A DNA stretch of 64,000 bases from Rebecca billardiae RCC1528 (lineage: Eukaryota; Protista; Haptophyta), in NCBI GenBank assembly GCA_965240325.2, contig OZ251222.1, positions 1,984,001-2,048,000 on the forward strand. The letters run 5' to 3'. The notes under the pieces are model-generated. The model had not been told where the DNA came from, did not search any database, and worked only from the letters and a program-made list of their open reading frames with translations. Numbering within the stretch: the stretch's first letter is position 1; the number at the start of each line of letters is the position of its first letter. Made by a program: the position numbers and the translations under genes. Positions 43,801 to 55,800 of the stretch are shown here, in pieces.

Positions 43801-46800
43801 CACCATCTCCGCCGCCGTCGCCCCCGCCTTCACCACCGCCGAGCCCTCCACCGTCGCCGCCGCCGAGCCCACCGCCGAGCCCGCCGCCGTCGCCGCCGCC
43901 GAGCCCGCCGCCGAGCCCGCCGCCATCGCCGCCTCCGTCGCCGCCTCCGCCGAGCCCGCCGCCGTCGCCACCACCGTCACCGCCACCGAGCCCGCCACCC
44001 AGCCCGCCGCCCTCGCCGCCACCGAGCCCGCCACCCTCGCCGCCACCCTCGCCACCGCCATCGCCTCCGCCAAGCCCGCCGCCCTCGCCACCGCCGAGCC
44101 CGCCGCCTCCGAGCCCGCCGCCAAGCCCGCCGCCAAGCCCGCCGCCGAGCCCGCCGCCAAGCCCGCCGCCCTCGCCACCGCCGAGCCCGCCGCCAAGCCC
44201 GCCGCCAAGTCCACCGCCGCCGAGCCCGCCACCATCTCCGCCGCCGAGCCCGCCGCCCTCACCACCGCCGAGCCCGCCGCCGTCGCCGCCACCAAGCCCG
44301 CCACCCTTGCCACCACCATCACCACCGCCATCGCCACCTCCAAGCCCACCACCCTCGCCGCCGCCGTCGCCACCTCCTCCGAGCCCGCCGCCATCGCCGC
44401 CGCCATCGCCGCCGCCGAGTCCTCCGCCGAGCCCACCACCGAGCCCGCCACCATCACCGCCGCCGTCGCCCCCGCCGAGCCCTCCTCCGCCGTCGCCGCC
44501 GCCATCGCCACCACCTAGCCCGCCGCCGAGCCCGCCGCCGAGCCTGCCTCCATCGCCGCCGCCGAGCCCGCCGCCATCGCCGCCGCCATCGCCGCCGCCA
44601 CCAAGCCCGCCGCCTTCGCCACCGCCGTCGCCACCGCCGAGCCCGCCGCCAAGCCCTCCACCGAGCCCGCCACCATCACCACCGCCGTCACCCCCGCCAA
44701 GTCCACCACCTTCGCCACCGCCCAGCCCGCCGCCCAGCCCGCCACCTCCCTCACCGCCGCCCTCACCACCACCAAGCCCGCCGCCAAGCCCGCCGCCGTC
44801 ACCGCCGCCAAGCCCGCCACCCTCCCCTCCGCCCAGCCCCCCGCCGAGCCCCCCGCCGCCTTCTCCTCCGCCCTCGCCCCCACCATCGCCGCCGCCATCA
44901 CCACCACCGTCACCACCGCCGAGCCCGCCGCCGAGCCCTCCGCCCTCGCCCCCACCCTCGCCGCCGCCCTTGCCGCCGCCCGTACCGCCGCCAAGCCCAC
45001 CACCGAGCCCGCCACCACCGAGTCCACCACCCTCACCGCCACCATCGCCACCACCAAGCCCCCCGCCGTCACCGCCGCCGCCATCGCCGCCGCCATCGCC
45101 ACCGCCCTCGCCACCGCCGTCACCCCCACCCTCGCCGCCACCCTCGCCACCACCCTCACCGCCTCCCAGTCCACCGCCCTCACCTCCGCCTCGCCCGCCA
45201 CCGAGCCCGCCGCCATCTCCACCGCCGTCGCCGCCACCGGGCCCGCCACCGTCGCCGCCGCCGCGCCCGCCGCCATCACCACCACCGAGCCCACCGCCGA
45301 GCCCGCCGCCAAGCCCACCACCGTCGCCACCGCCGAGCCCACCGCCATCACCACCACCGAGCCCGCCGCCGAGCCCGCCGCCAAGCCCGCCGCCGTCGCC
45401 GCCACCAAGCCCGCCGCCGAGCCCGCCGCCGAGCCCGCCGCCGTCGCCGCCGCCGAGTCCACCACCAAGCCCACCACCGAGCCCACCACCGAGCCCGCCG
45501 CCGTCGCCGCCGCCCAGCCCGCCTCCCAGCCCGCCGCCGAGTCCGCCGCCTTCGCCACCACCGAGCCCGCCGCCGTCGCCGCCGCCGAGCCCGCCGCCGA
45601 GCCCGCCACCGAGCCCGCCGCCGTCGCCGCCGCCGAGTCTACCACCAAGCCCACCACCGAGCCCGCCACCGAGCCCGCCGCCGTCGCCACCGCCCAGCCC
45701 GCCGCCGAGCCCACCACCATCACCACCGCCGAGCCCACCACCATCACCACCACCGAGCCCACCGCCAAGCCCGCCGCCAAGCCCACCACCGTCGCCACCG
45801 CCTAGTCCGCCACCGAGCCCGCCGCCGTCGCCGCCGCCGAGCCCACCGCCATCACCACCACCGAGCCCACCGCCGAGCCCACCGCCAAGCCCGCCGCCGT
45901 CGCCGCCGCCAAGCCCACCGCCATCACCACCACCGAGCCCACCGCCGCGTCCACCGCCCAGCCCGCCACCCAGCCCACCACCCAGCCCACCGCCGAGCCC
46001 GCCGCCGTCGCCGCCGCCAAGCCCACCGCCATCACCACCACCGAGCCCACCGCCAAGCCCGCCGCCAAGCCCACCACCGTCGCCACCGCCAAGCCCGCCA
46101 CCGAGCCCGCCGCCCTCGCCACCGCCAAGCCCGCCGCCAAGCCCGCCGCCAAGCCCACCGCCGTCGCCGCCGCCCAGCCCGCCACCCAGCCCACCACCCA
46201 GCCCACCGCCGAGCCCGCCGCCGTCTCCGCCGCCAAGCCCACCGCCATCACCACCACCGAGCCCACCGCCGAGTCCGCCGCCCAGCCCGCCGCCATCGCC
46301 GCCACCAAGCCCACCGCCATCACCACCACCGAGCCCACCGCCGAGCCCGCCGCCCTCGCCACCGCCAAGCCCGCCACCAAGCCCGCCGCCAAGCCCACCG
46401 CCGTCGCCGCCGCCCAGCCCGCCACCCAGCCCACCACCCAGCCCACCGCCGAGCCCGCCGCCGTCGCCGCCGCCAAGCCCACCGCCATCACCACCACCGA
46501 GCCCACCGCCGAGTCCGCCGCCCAGCCCGCCGCCATCGCCGCCACCAAGCCCGCCGCCAAGCCCACCGCCAAGCCCACCGCCGTCGCCGCCGCCCAGCCC
46601 GCCACCCAGCCCACCACCCAGCCCACCGCCGAGTCCGCCGCCGTCGCCGCCGCCAAGCCCGCCGCCATCACCACCACCAAGCCCACCGCCGAGCCCGCCG
46701 CCCTCGCCACCGCCAAGCCCGCCACCGAGCCCGCCACCAAGCCCGCCGCCGAGCCCGCCGCCGTCGCCGCCGCCGAGCCCGCCACCCAGCCCGCCGCCGA

Positions 46801-49800
46801 GTCCGCCGCCGTCGCCACCACCGAGCCCGCCGCCGTCGCCGCCACCAAGCCCACCGCCATCACCACCACCGAGCCCGCCACCGTCGCCGCCGCCAAGCCC
46901 GCCGCCGTCGCCACCACCGAGCCCGCCGCCGTCGCCACCGCCGAGCCCACCGCCGAGCCCACCGCCCAGCCCGCCGCCGTCGCCGCCGCCAAGCCCGCCG
47001 CCAAGCCCACCGCCAAGCCCACCGCCGTCGCCGCCGCCCAGCCCGCCACCGAGCCCACCACCCAGCCCACCGCCGAGCCCGCCGCCGTCGCCGCCGCCCA
47101 GCCCACCGCCATCACCACCACCGAGCCCACCGCCGAGCCCGCCACCCAGCCCGCCGCCAAGCCCGCCGCCGTCGCCGCCACCCAGCCCGCCACCGAGCCC
47201 GCCACCGTCGCCACCGCCAAGCCCGCCACCGAGCCCGCCACCAAGCCCGCCGCCGAGCCCGCCACCCAGCCCACCGCCCAGCCCACCGCCATCACCACCA
47301 CCGAGCCCACCGCCGAGCCCGCCGCCCAGCCCGCCGCCAAGCCCGCCGCCGTCGCCGCCACCCAGCCCGCCACCGAGCCCGCCACCGTCGCCACCGCCGA
47401 GCCCACCGCCGAGCCCACCGCCGTCGCCGCCGCCCAGCCCGCCACCCAGCCCACCGCCGAGTCCGCCGCCGTCGCCACCACCGAGCCCGCCGCCGTCGCC
47501 ACCGCCGAGCCCACCGCCGAGCCCACCGCCCAGCCCGCCGCCGTCGCCGCCGCCAAGCCCGCCGCCAAGCCCACCGCCGAGTCCGCCACCGTCGCCGCCA
47601 CCGAGCCCGCCGCCGTCGCCGCCGCCAAGCCCACCGCCATCACCACCACCGAGCCCGCCGCCGTCGCCGCCGCCAAGCCCGCCGCCAAGCCCACCGCCAA
47701 GCCCACCGCCGTCGCCGCCGCCCAGCCCGCCACCCAGCCCACCACCCAGCCCACCGCCGAGTCCGCCGCCGTCGCCACCACCGAGCCCGCCGCCGTCGCC
47801 ACCGCCGAGCCCACCGCCGAGCCCACCGCCCAGCCCGCCGCCGTCGCCGCCGCCAAGCCCGCCGCCAAGCCCACCGCCAAGCCCACCACCGTCGCCGCCG
47901 CCCAGCCCGCCACCGAGCCCACCACCCAGCCCACCGCCGAGCCCGCCGCCGTCGCCGCCGCCCAGCCCACCGCCATCACCACCACCGAGCCCACCGCCGA
48001 GCCCGCCGCCCAGCCCGCCGCCAAGCCCGCCGCCGTCGCCGCCACCCAGCCCGCCACCGAGCCCGCCACCGTCGCCACCGCCGAGCCCACCGCCGAGCCC
48101 ACCGCCGTCGCCGCCGCCCAGCCCGCCGCCCAGCCCACCGCCCAGCCCGCCGCCTTCGCCACCACCGAGCCCGCCGCCGTCGCCACCACCGAGCCCACCG
48201 CCGAGCCCACCACCGAGCCCGCCGCCTTCGCCACCGCCGAGGCCGCCGCCATCGCCACCACCAAGCCCACCACCGAGCCCGCCGCCGTCGCCACCGCCCT
48301 CACCACCGCCGAGCCCACCGCCAAGCCCGCCGCCATCTCCACCGCCGAGTCCACCGCCGAGCCCGCCGCCGTCGCCGCCGCCAAGCCCACCGCCATCGCC
48401 ACCACCGAGCCCACCGCCGAGCCCGCCGCCAAGCCCGCCGCCAAGCCCGCCGCCGTCGCCACCACCAAGCCCACCTCCGAGCCCGCCGCCGAGCCCGCCG
48501 CCGTCGCCACCGCCAAGCCCACCGCCGAGCCCGCCACCAAGCCCGCCGCCGTCGCCGCCGCCAAGCCCGCCACCAAGTCCGCCACCCAGCCCACCCCCAA
48601 GCCCACCACCCAGCCCGCCGCCATCACCGCCACCGAGCCCACCGCCCGACCCGCCGCCTTCGCTGCGCCCACGCCCGCCACCAAACCCGCCTCCGTCGCC
48701 GCCTCCCAGCCCACCGCCCTCACCGCCGCCCCCAAGCTTGCCACCTTTGCTGCCGCCGCCTTCGCCGCCGAGCAATCCTCCGCGCCACCCAGCCCCGCCG
48801 CCGCCGCCGCCCTCGACGCCGCCACACCCACCACCGCCGCCGCGCACAGCGCCGTTCCCACCGCCCTCTCCGCCGTCGCTGCCACCAAGTGCCCCGCCAA
48901 CCAACCCGCCACTGCCGCTGCCGAGTTCGCCGTCGCGGCCTCCGCCGACCTCACCGCCTCCTCCTCCGCCGCGCCCGCCGCCGAGCCCGCCGCCTCCGCC
49001 GCGCACCGAGCCGCTCCCGCCAACCCTGCCGCCGCAGTCGCCGCCGCACGGACCGCCGCCGTCGCCGCCGCAACCGCCGCCGTCACCTGTGCCGTCGACG
49101 CCGAAGTCCGCGCCGCCACCGCCGCCGTCCTCGCCGCCGCCGCCGCCGCCGCTGCTGCGCGCGCTCGTCATCGGCCTCTTCCCGACCGCGCTCGCGCTGC
49201 CGCCGCCGCCGCCGTCGCCCTCGTCGGCGCGTGCTCGCGCGCTGAGCGTGAGTGGTGGCGGTGGCGCTGCGCCAGCGCTCACGCTGCTCGGCCGCGGGTT
49301 CGGCGGCGCGGTCGGGCTGCTGGGCGGCGCGCTGTGCACGCTGCACCCCGCGGGCTCAGACTCGGACGGCGCGATCGCGTCGGCCGGCGCCGACGCCGCC
49401 CTGCTCCGCCTCAACGCGAGCGCCCTGTCAGACGACTCAGTCACGTGCCAACTGCAGCCGGGCGCGGCGCCGCTCGGGCGCGGGCTGGGCGCAGGCCGGT
49501 ACAGCGTGGGTCTGTGGCTGGAGGGCGGCGCGCTGCCCGTGCCCTCGCTCTTCGGCCCGCCGTCCGTGCGGCTGTACGACTTCGACGCCGAGGTGGCCGT
49601 CACCGCCGTGCGTCCGCCCCTCGGCCCGCTGGGCGGCGGCACGGTGGTCACGCTCGAGGGGCGCGGCTTTGAGCTGGCGGCGGGCGCTGAGGAGGGCGCT
49701 GCGGGCGTGGGCGCGGGGGGCGGCGCTGCCGGCGCGCTGTGCTGCGTCGCGCCCGCGCTGTACGGCGACGCGTGCGTCTCGAACGCCACGCTGCTGCGCC

Positions 49801-52800
49801 CGCTCAACGGCACGAGCCGCGCGCGCTGCGTCACGCCGCCTTGGAACGGCAGCGTGACGTCGGTGGCGCTCGCGCTCGGCCGCGTGTCGAGCGCGGGCGG
49901 CGAGGGCGGCGGCGGCGGCGGCTTTGGCGGCGGTGCGCTCTGGGCTGCGCAGCGCACCACCACCGCTGGCGCGCCGCCTCTGTTCGAGTTGTACGACGAG
50001 TCTCAGCTGCGCGTCCTCCGCGTCACGCCCGAGCGCGGCCCAGCGCGCGTGGCCACCGTGCTCTCTGTGGGCGGCGCGGGCGCGCTGCTCGGAGGGGCAC
50101 ACGTGCGCTTCGCGTTTGGCTCGGCGCTCGCGCGGCCGCCGCTGGTCGTGTCAGTTGGCAGCGGCACCGTGCTGCAGCACGCCTCGTACGCGCGCGCCGA
50201 CGGCGGCGGCGCGGCCGGCGGCGGCGTGCGCGCGCAGCTGTTGGTCTCGCTCAACGGGCAGCAGTTCGCGCCGCGAACGCCGGACGGGCCGGGCGCCGTG
50301 TACTTTGAGTTTGACGAGGCGGCACACGCGCCCGACCTCGAGAGCGCGCACTTCGACGCGGCCAGCGGCGCGGCGCTGCTGCTGCGCTTCGACGCGCAGC
50401 CGACCGACCGCGCGGGGATGGGCGGCGGCCTCGGGCCGTGCGCGCCGCTGCTCGACGACGAGACGCTCGCGCTGCTGCGCGGCGACGCGCCGCCCTCCGA
50501 GCCGCCGCCGCGCTGCCGCTGGCGTGACGACTCGACCCTCGAGGCGCGGCTCGGCGCGGGCACGCGCGCCGCGCCCGGCATGCGCGTCGGCGTGCGCGCG
50601 GGCGCGGTGCGGCCCGCGGCGTGCGCGTGGGCCGCGTGCGCGCCAGACGCGGCGGCGGGCAACGACGCCGCGTCCGTGCTCGTCGACCCCGACGCGCCGT
50701 GCGGCGACGCGGCGCCGTGCCCGACGCCCGTCGCGCGGCTGCGCGCGCCGTCGACCATCTCGGCGTGCGCCAACGAGAGCGTCGTCCTCGACGGCGCCGC
50801 GTCGAGCGCCGGCGGCGTGGGCGCGCCTGCCTTCAGCTGGGCGGTGGACGTGACCGCGTCGGGCGCGGGCGCGGCGCGCGCGGGCGCGGCGCTGCGCGCG
50901 CTGCCGCCCACCGCCTCGCTCGCGCGGCTTGACGGCCTCCCCGCCGCCACGTCCGCCCGCGGGTTCGTCGTCGCGCTGCGCGTCACTTCCTTCCTCGGCG
51001 CGAGATCGGATCTGGCGTGGGCGGAGGTGCGGCGCGCGGCGCAGCCGAGCCCGAGCGTGGGCATCGACGGCGCGCCCGCGAGCGCGGTGCGCGCGGCGGC
51101 GGCGCTCACGCTGAGCGCGCGCGTGCACGCGCTCGCGCCGTGCTGGCCGGCGGAGCGCTCGCGCCGCGTCAGCTTCCGCTGGCGCCTCGTCGGCGTGACG
51201 CGACTCGACGACGGCGGCGGCGCGGACGGCGGCGCGCCCGCGCTGCCCGACGTGGCCGCGCTCGGCGCCGGCCCGGTGCTGCGGCTGCCCGGCCACACGC
51301 TCAGCCCCGGGCACGCGTACACGCTCGAGCTGGGCGCGGCGATGGCGGACGAGCCGAGCGCGTCGGCCAGCGCGACCGCCACCATCCTCGTGCGACCGGC
51401 GGAGCCGCCTTCCGCCGTGCTGGGCGCGCGCTCGGTGCGTGTGGGCGAGCGTGAGCCGGTAGTCGCGGACGCGTCGGGCAGCTTCGACCCGAGCACGGGC
51501 GAGGCCGCCGCCCTCGCGTTCGAGTGGTCGCTGCGCGACGCGGCGAGCGGCGCGGCGCTGCCGCTGCCGCCCAACGCGACCGCCTCCGGAAGCGGCGGCG
51601 GCGGCGGCGACACCGGCGGCGGCGCCGTGCTTCGGCTCCCGGCCGGCTGGCTGGGCGCAGGTGTGTACACGGTGCGTGTCAGCGTCTCGCTGCAGCCGCC
51701 GGCTGCGCGCGCGGGCGGTGCGAGCGCGAGCATGGAGGTGGAGGTGGTGGCGGACGCCTCCTCGCCGCCCGCCGTGACCCTCGCGCCGCTGCCGTTCGGC
51801 GGCGGCGGCGTCAATCCCACGTGGCGCCTCCCCTCCGAGCGGCTCTACATCAGCGCGCGCTCGCCGCTCGACACGGCCGCGTATGCTTACGCGTGGCGCG
51901 CGCTCGAGCCCGCGCCCGGCGGCGGCGGCGAGCTGGTGCCCTCGGCGCTGTGGCTGGGCGACGCGGTACGCACGACGGTCTCGGGCGCCTCAGGCCCCAC
52001 GCTCGCCTTCCGCAGCGGCGCGCTCGCGCCGGGCGCGCAGTACATCTTCGAGCTGAGCGTGCGGCGCGTGACGGATGCGACGGACGCGCCCGCAGGCGTG
52101 GCGCGCGTGGCCGTGCGCGTGAGCAGCCCGCCGCACGGCGGCAGGCTGGCGGTGTGGCCGAGCGCCGCCACGACGGCCGGCGCCGAGGAGCTGGCCGGCG
52201 GCAGCAGCCGCGGCGAGAACCTTGTCCTCGCCGTCGGCTTGGGCGAGGGCGTCGAGCTGGCCGCGCTCGGCTGGACCGTCGGCGGCGGCGGCGGCGGCGG
52301 TGCGGAGGACGAGCTGCCGCTCAGCTACGCGTTCGAGTACTCACGTGAGTACGGGTACTCACATGAGTACGACCCGGCCGGGTACGGCGCGCCCAACGGC
52401 AGCGCGGCGGCGGGCGCGGCGGGCGCGGTGCCGCTGAGCGCCTTCGCCGCGGACAGCCCGACGCTCAGCGCCGTGCTGCTGCCGCCTGGCGCGCTGCGCC
52501 TCAGCGTGCGCGTGGTGAGCGCGGGCGGCGCGGAGGCGAGCGCGGCCGCGGCGCTCGAGGTGGCGGCGCCGCCGCGCGCGGCGCTGGACGAGGCGGCGCT
52601 CGACGCGCTGGTGGGGAGCGCGCGCGACGCGCTCGAGCGCGCGGACGCGCCCGCCGCGCTCCGGCTCGTCACCGCCCTCGCGCAGCTCGACGCCGCCGCG
52701 CCGCCGCCGACGCGCGCGCTGCTCGAGCTGACGCGCGCCGCGGGCGCGCTCCTGCCGCCGGTGGCCGAGTCGCGCGCGCAGCCACGCCGCCGCGCTCGCC

Positions 52801-55800
52801 GCGGTGGCGGAGGCGCGCGCGGGCGCGGCTCTCGACTGGGACGGCGTGGCGCAGGCGGAGACGGTCGAGCAGGCCGCCGCGCTCGCGCGCGCCGCGCTCG
52901 CCGCCGGCGCGGGCATCGACGGCCCAACCGCTGAGGCGCTCGTCCGCGCGGCCGACCGGGCGCTGCTCGCCAACGCGACGCGCGGCGTGGGTGTTCCCGA
53001 CTCGGTGGCGGTGGGCCTCGCGACGCTGGAGCTGGCGACGACGCTGACGCGCGCGCTGCTGGCGGGGGCCGTGCCCGGCGAGCCCGCCGTGCAGCTCACC
53101 GGCGTCGCGCTCAGCCTCGCCGCCGCGCGCGTGCACCCGGCCACCCTAGAAGCCTTGGCCGACGCCGCGGCGGGCGCGGCGGCGGCGGAGCGCTCGGCTT
53201 GGCTGGAGCTGGGTGGCGCGGCGGGCGCGGTGCGCGTGCCGGCCTCGGCGCTCGCCGCGCAGCACGGCGCATTGCTCAGCGCGGGCGCCGACGGCGCGGT
53301 CGACGTCGTGCTCTCCGCGATCGTCACGCGCGAGATCGACGTCGAGATGGCGCTGCGCAACGCGACGGCGCGGCCGGGCGGCGGCTCGGCGGCCGAGGCG
53401 GCGCTCGCGGCGGCCGCGCGCGAGCGCGGCGGCGGCGTGGCGACGGCTGTGCTCTCGGCGTCGCTGTATGCGCCGGGCGCGCCGGCGTCGCTGTCGGTGC
53501 GCGGGCTGGCCGAGCCGGTGCTGCTGCAGCTGCCCCCGCTCCTCGGCAGCGCGGCCATCCCCGGACTCGCCGACGGCCGCGTCGGCTGCCGCTTCCTCGA
53601 CGAGGGTGCGCGCGCGTGGCGCGCTGACGGCTGCGCGGCGGTCGACGCCCCACCGGGCCGCGATGCAAACTCTCTGTACTGCGCGTGCGACCACCTCACC
53701 ACGTTCGCCGGGCTCGGGCTGCCCGCCTCCGAGGCGGAGGCGGCGGCGGACGCCGAGGCCGTGCGCGTGAACACCTTTGGCGCTGATGCCGCGGCGGCGG
53801 TCCTTCTCAAGCCGGGCGCGAGCGCGCGTGACAACCCGACCGTTTTCCGGCTGGTCTATTTGCTCGCCGGGGCGAACGGCCTGGCGCTGGGGGTGGCGCT
53901 GCTCGCGGACCGGCGCGCGCGCGCGGAGTACGAGCGGTGGCATGCGTCCGAGCTGAAGACGGCCGGGATGCTCCCGCCGAGCACGAGCGCGCGCGGCGGC
54001 GGCGGCGGCTCGATGTGCAGCGCATTGTCCACCACCGCCTCCTCCGCCTCCTCCTCCGCCTCTTGCGCGAGTGCGAGCAGCGGCCGCGGCGGCGGCGGCG
54101 CGAGCGTGGGCGACGGCTGCGTGCTCGCGTGCGCGCCGCTTTGCCCGCACCCCGCCGCGGGGGAGCCGAGCACGGTGGAGGTGGTGCGGCAGCGGAAGCG
54201 GCAGGCGGAGGCGCGGCAGAGAGAGGCGGACGCGGAGGCGGCTGCCGAGGCCGCGGCCGCGGCCGAGGCCGAGGCCGACGCCCCCGCCGGCCCGGGCGCG
54301 CACGCGGGCATCCCTCGCAGCCGCGCGCTCAGCCGCCGCCTCGTCTCGGCGCGCGCCGGCGCCAGCAGGGCGCTGCCTCCCCGCGACTCGCTCCGATCCG
54401 CCGCGTCGAGCGAAGCCGGGGCCGAGGCCACGGACGACGCCGACGCGGCCGCGCGGCCGCGCCGCGCCGTCGTCACTTCCACGGGCGCAGCGGAGGCGGC
54501 CAGGCTGCGCGCGCGCGCCGCGGCGCGCGCCGCGGCGCGCGCCCGGCGCGCGCGCGCGCTCGCCTTCGTGCAGCGCGTGGCGGACGAGCACCCGCTGCTG
54601 CTGCTGCTCTTCGCGCCGGCGGCGCGCGGCGTGCGCAAGGCGGAGCTGGTGCAGAGCCTCTTCAGCATGGCCGCCCTGCAGCTCGCCATCGAGTGCTTGC
54701 TGTATGACGCGGGCGCGGACGGCGGCGGCGGGCGCGCGCTCACCGTTGCGCTGTATGCGCTGCTGGGCGCGGCGATCGCGGCGCCCGCGCTCTTCGGCTG
54801 CCGCGCCGCGTGGGCGCTCGCGCACGTGGCCGAGGCGCTCAGCCCGCCGCAGCGGCTGTTCAGTGCACTCAGCGCCGCGCTCGAAGGACGGCTGCGCCTC
54901 GCGGCCGGCGGGCGCGCCGCGCGGCTAAGTGCCATCGTGGAGTCGGCGAGCGAGCTCGCCGGCATCCGCGGCGCGGTGTTGGTTGAGCTCGCGGAGGAGG
55001 AGGAGGGGGGGGAGGGCGGCGGCGCTGCACGCGTCGGAGCGGGCGCGCCGGCCGCGGCGCAGCTCGGCGCGGGGCACTCGGGCGGCGCTCCGCGTCGCTG
55101 GAAGCAACTGGCCGCGGCCGTGAACGACCCTGGCAGCTGCGGCGCGCCGCTGGGCCGCGCGGGGATGATACTGCTCGGCCGTACGCAGCCGGAGGCGGCG
55201 CTCGGCGCCGCGCACCCACTCCCACGCGGCGGCAGCTCTCCGTCCGCGCACGAGCCGGAAGGCTTGGCGCGTGGCTCGGAGCGGTGCGCGCCAGCCGACG
55301 CAGGCGCAGGCCGCGTGATGCCCGTGCGCGGCGGGCCCACGCGAGACTTTGCGCCCGCCGCCCGCTCCGCGGAGGCCGAGGCCGAGCGCGCCACGGCTGG
55401 CGGCGGCGGCGGAGAGTTGGAGCGCACGGCGCGTCGCGGCACGTCTGCGCGCCCTCCGCTCTCCGCGGGCACGGGCGTCGCGCTGAGCGGCTCCAGCATC
55501 GTCGCACCCTTGCAGCGGCCGCGCAGCGCGCTCGCCCAGCTTATCGCCGCTGCCGAGGGTGAGAGGAAGGCGCGCTCGGAGGAGGAGGAGGAGGAGGAGG
55601 AGCGGGCCTGCGAGGGTGGCTGCGAGGGTGCGGGCCTGCGGCGCCCGCCGAGCGCGGCATCGCGCGAGCTGAGCCGCGCCGGCACCGGCGCCGCCGCTGG
55701 CTGCGAGCGCACGCGCCCGCGGAGCGCTGGCGCGGGCCCAGCGGCCGCGGCCGCGCGCGCGCTCCTGTCACCGCGCCGCGCGCCCCGGCTGAGTGACGAG

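Noticed and set aside
39572-49963. 3463-aa Gly-rich antisense ORF and the Arg/His- or Ala-rich alternate-frame ORFs
   Set aside because: These are shadows of the stop-poor SPPP repeat. Only the SPPP frame links the spliced RCC1 exons to the downstream domains.
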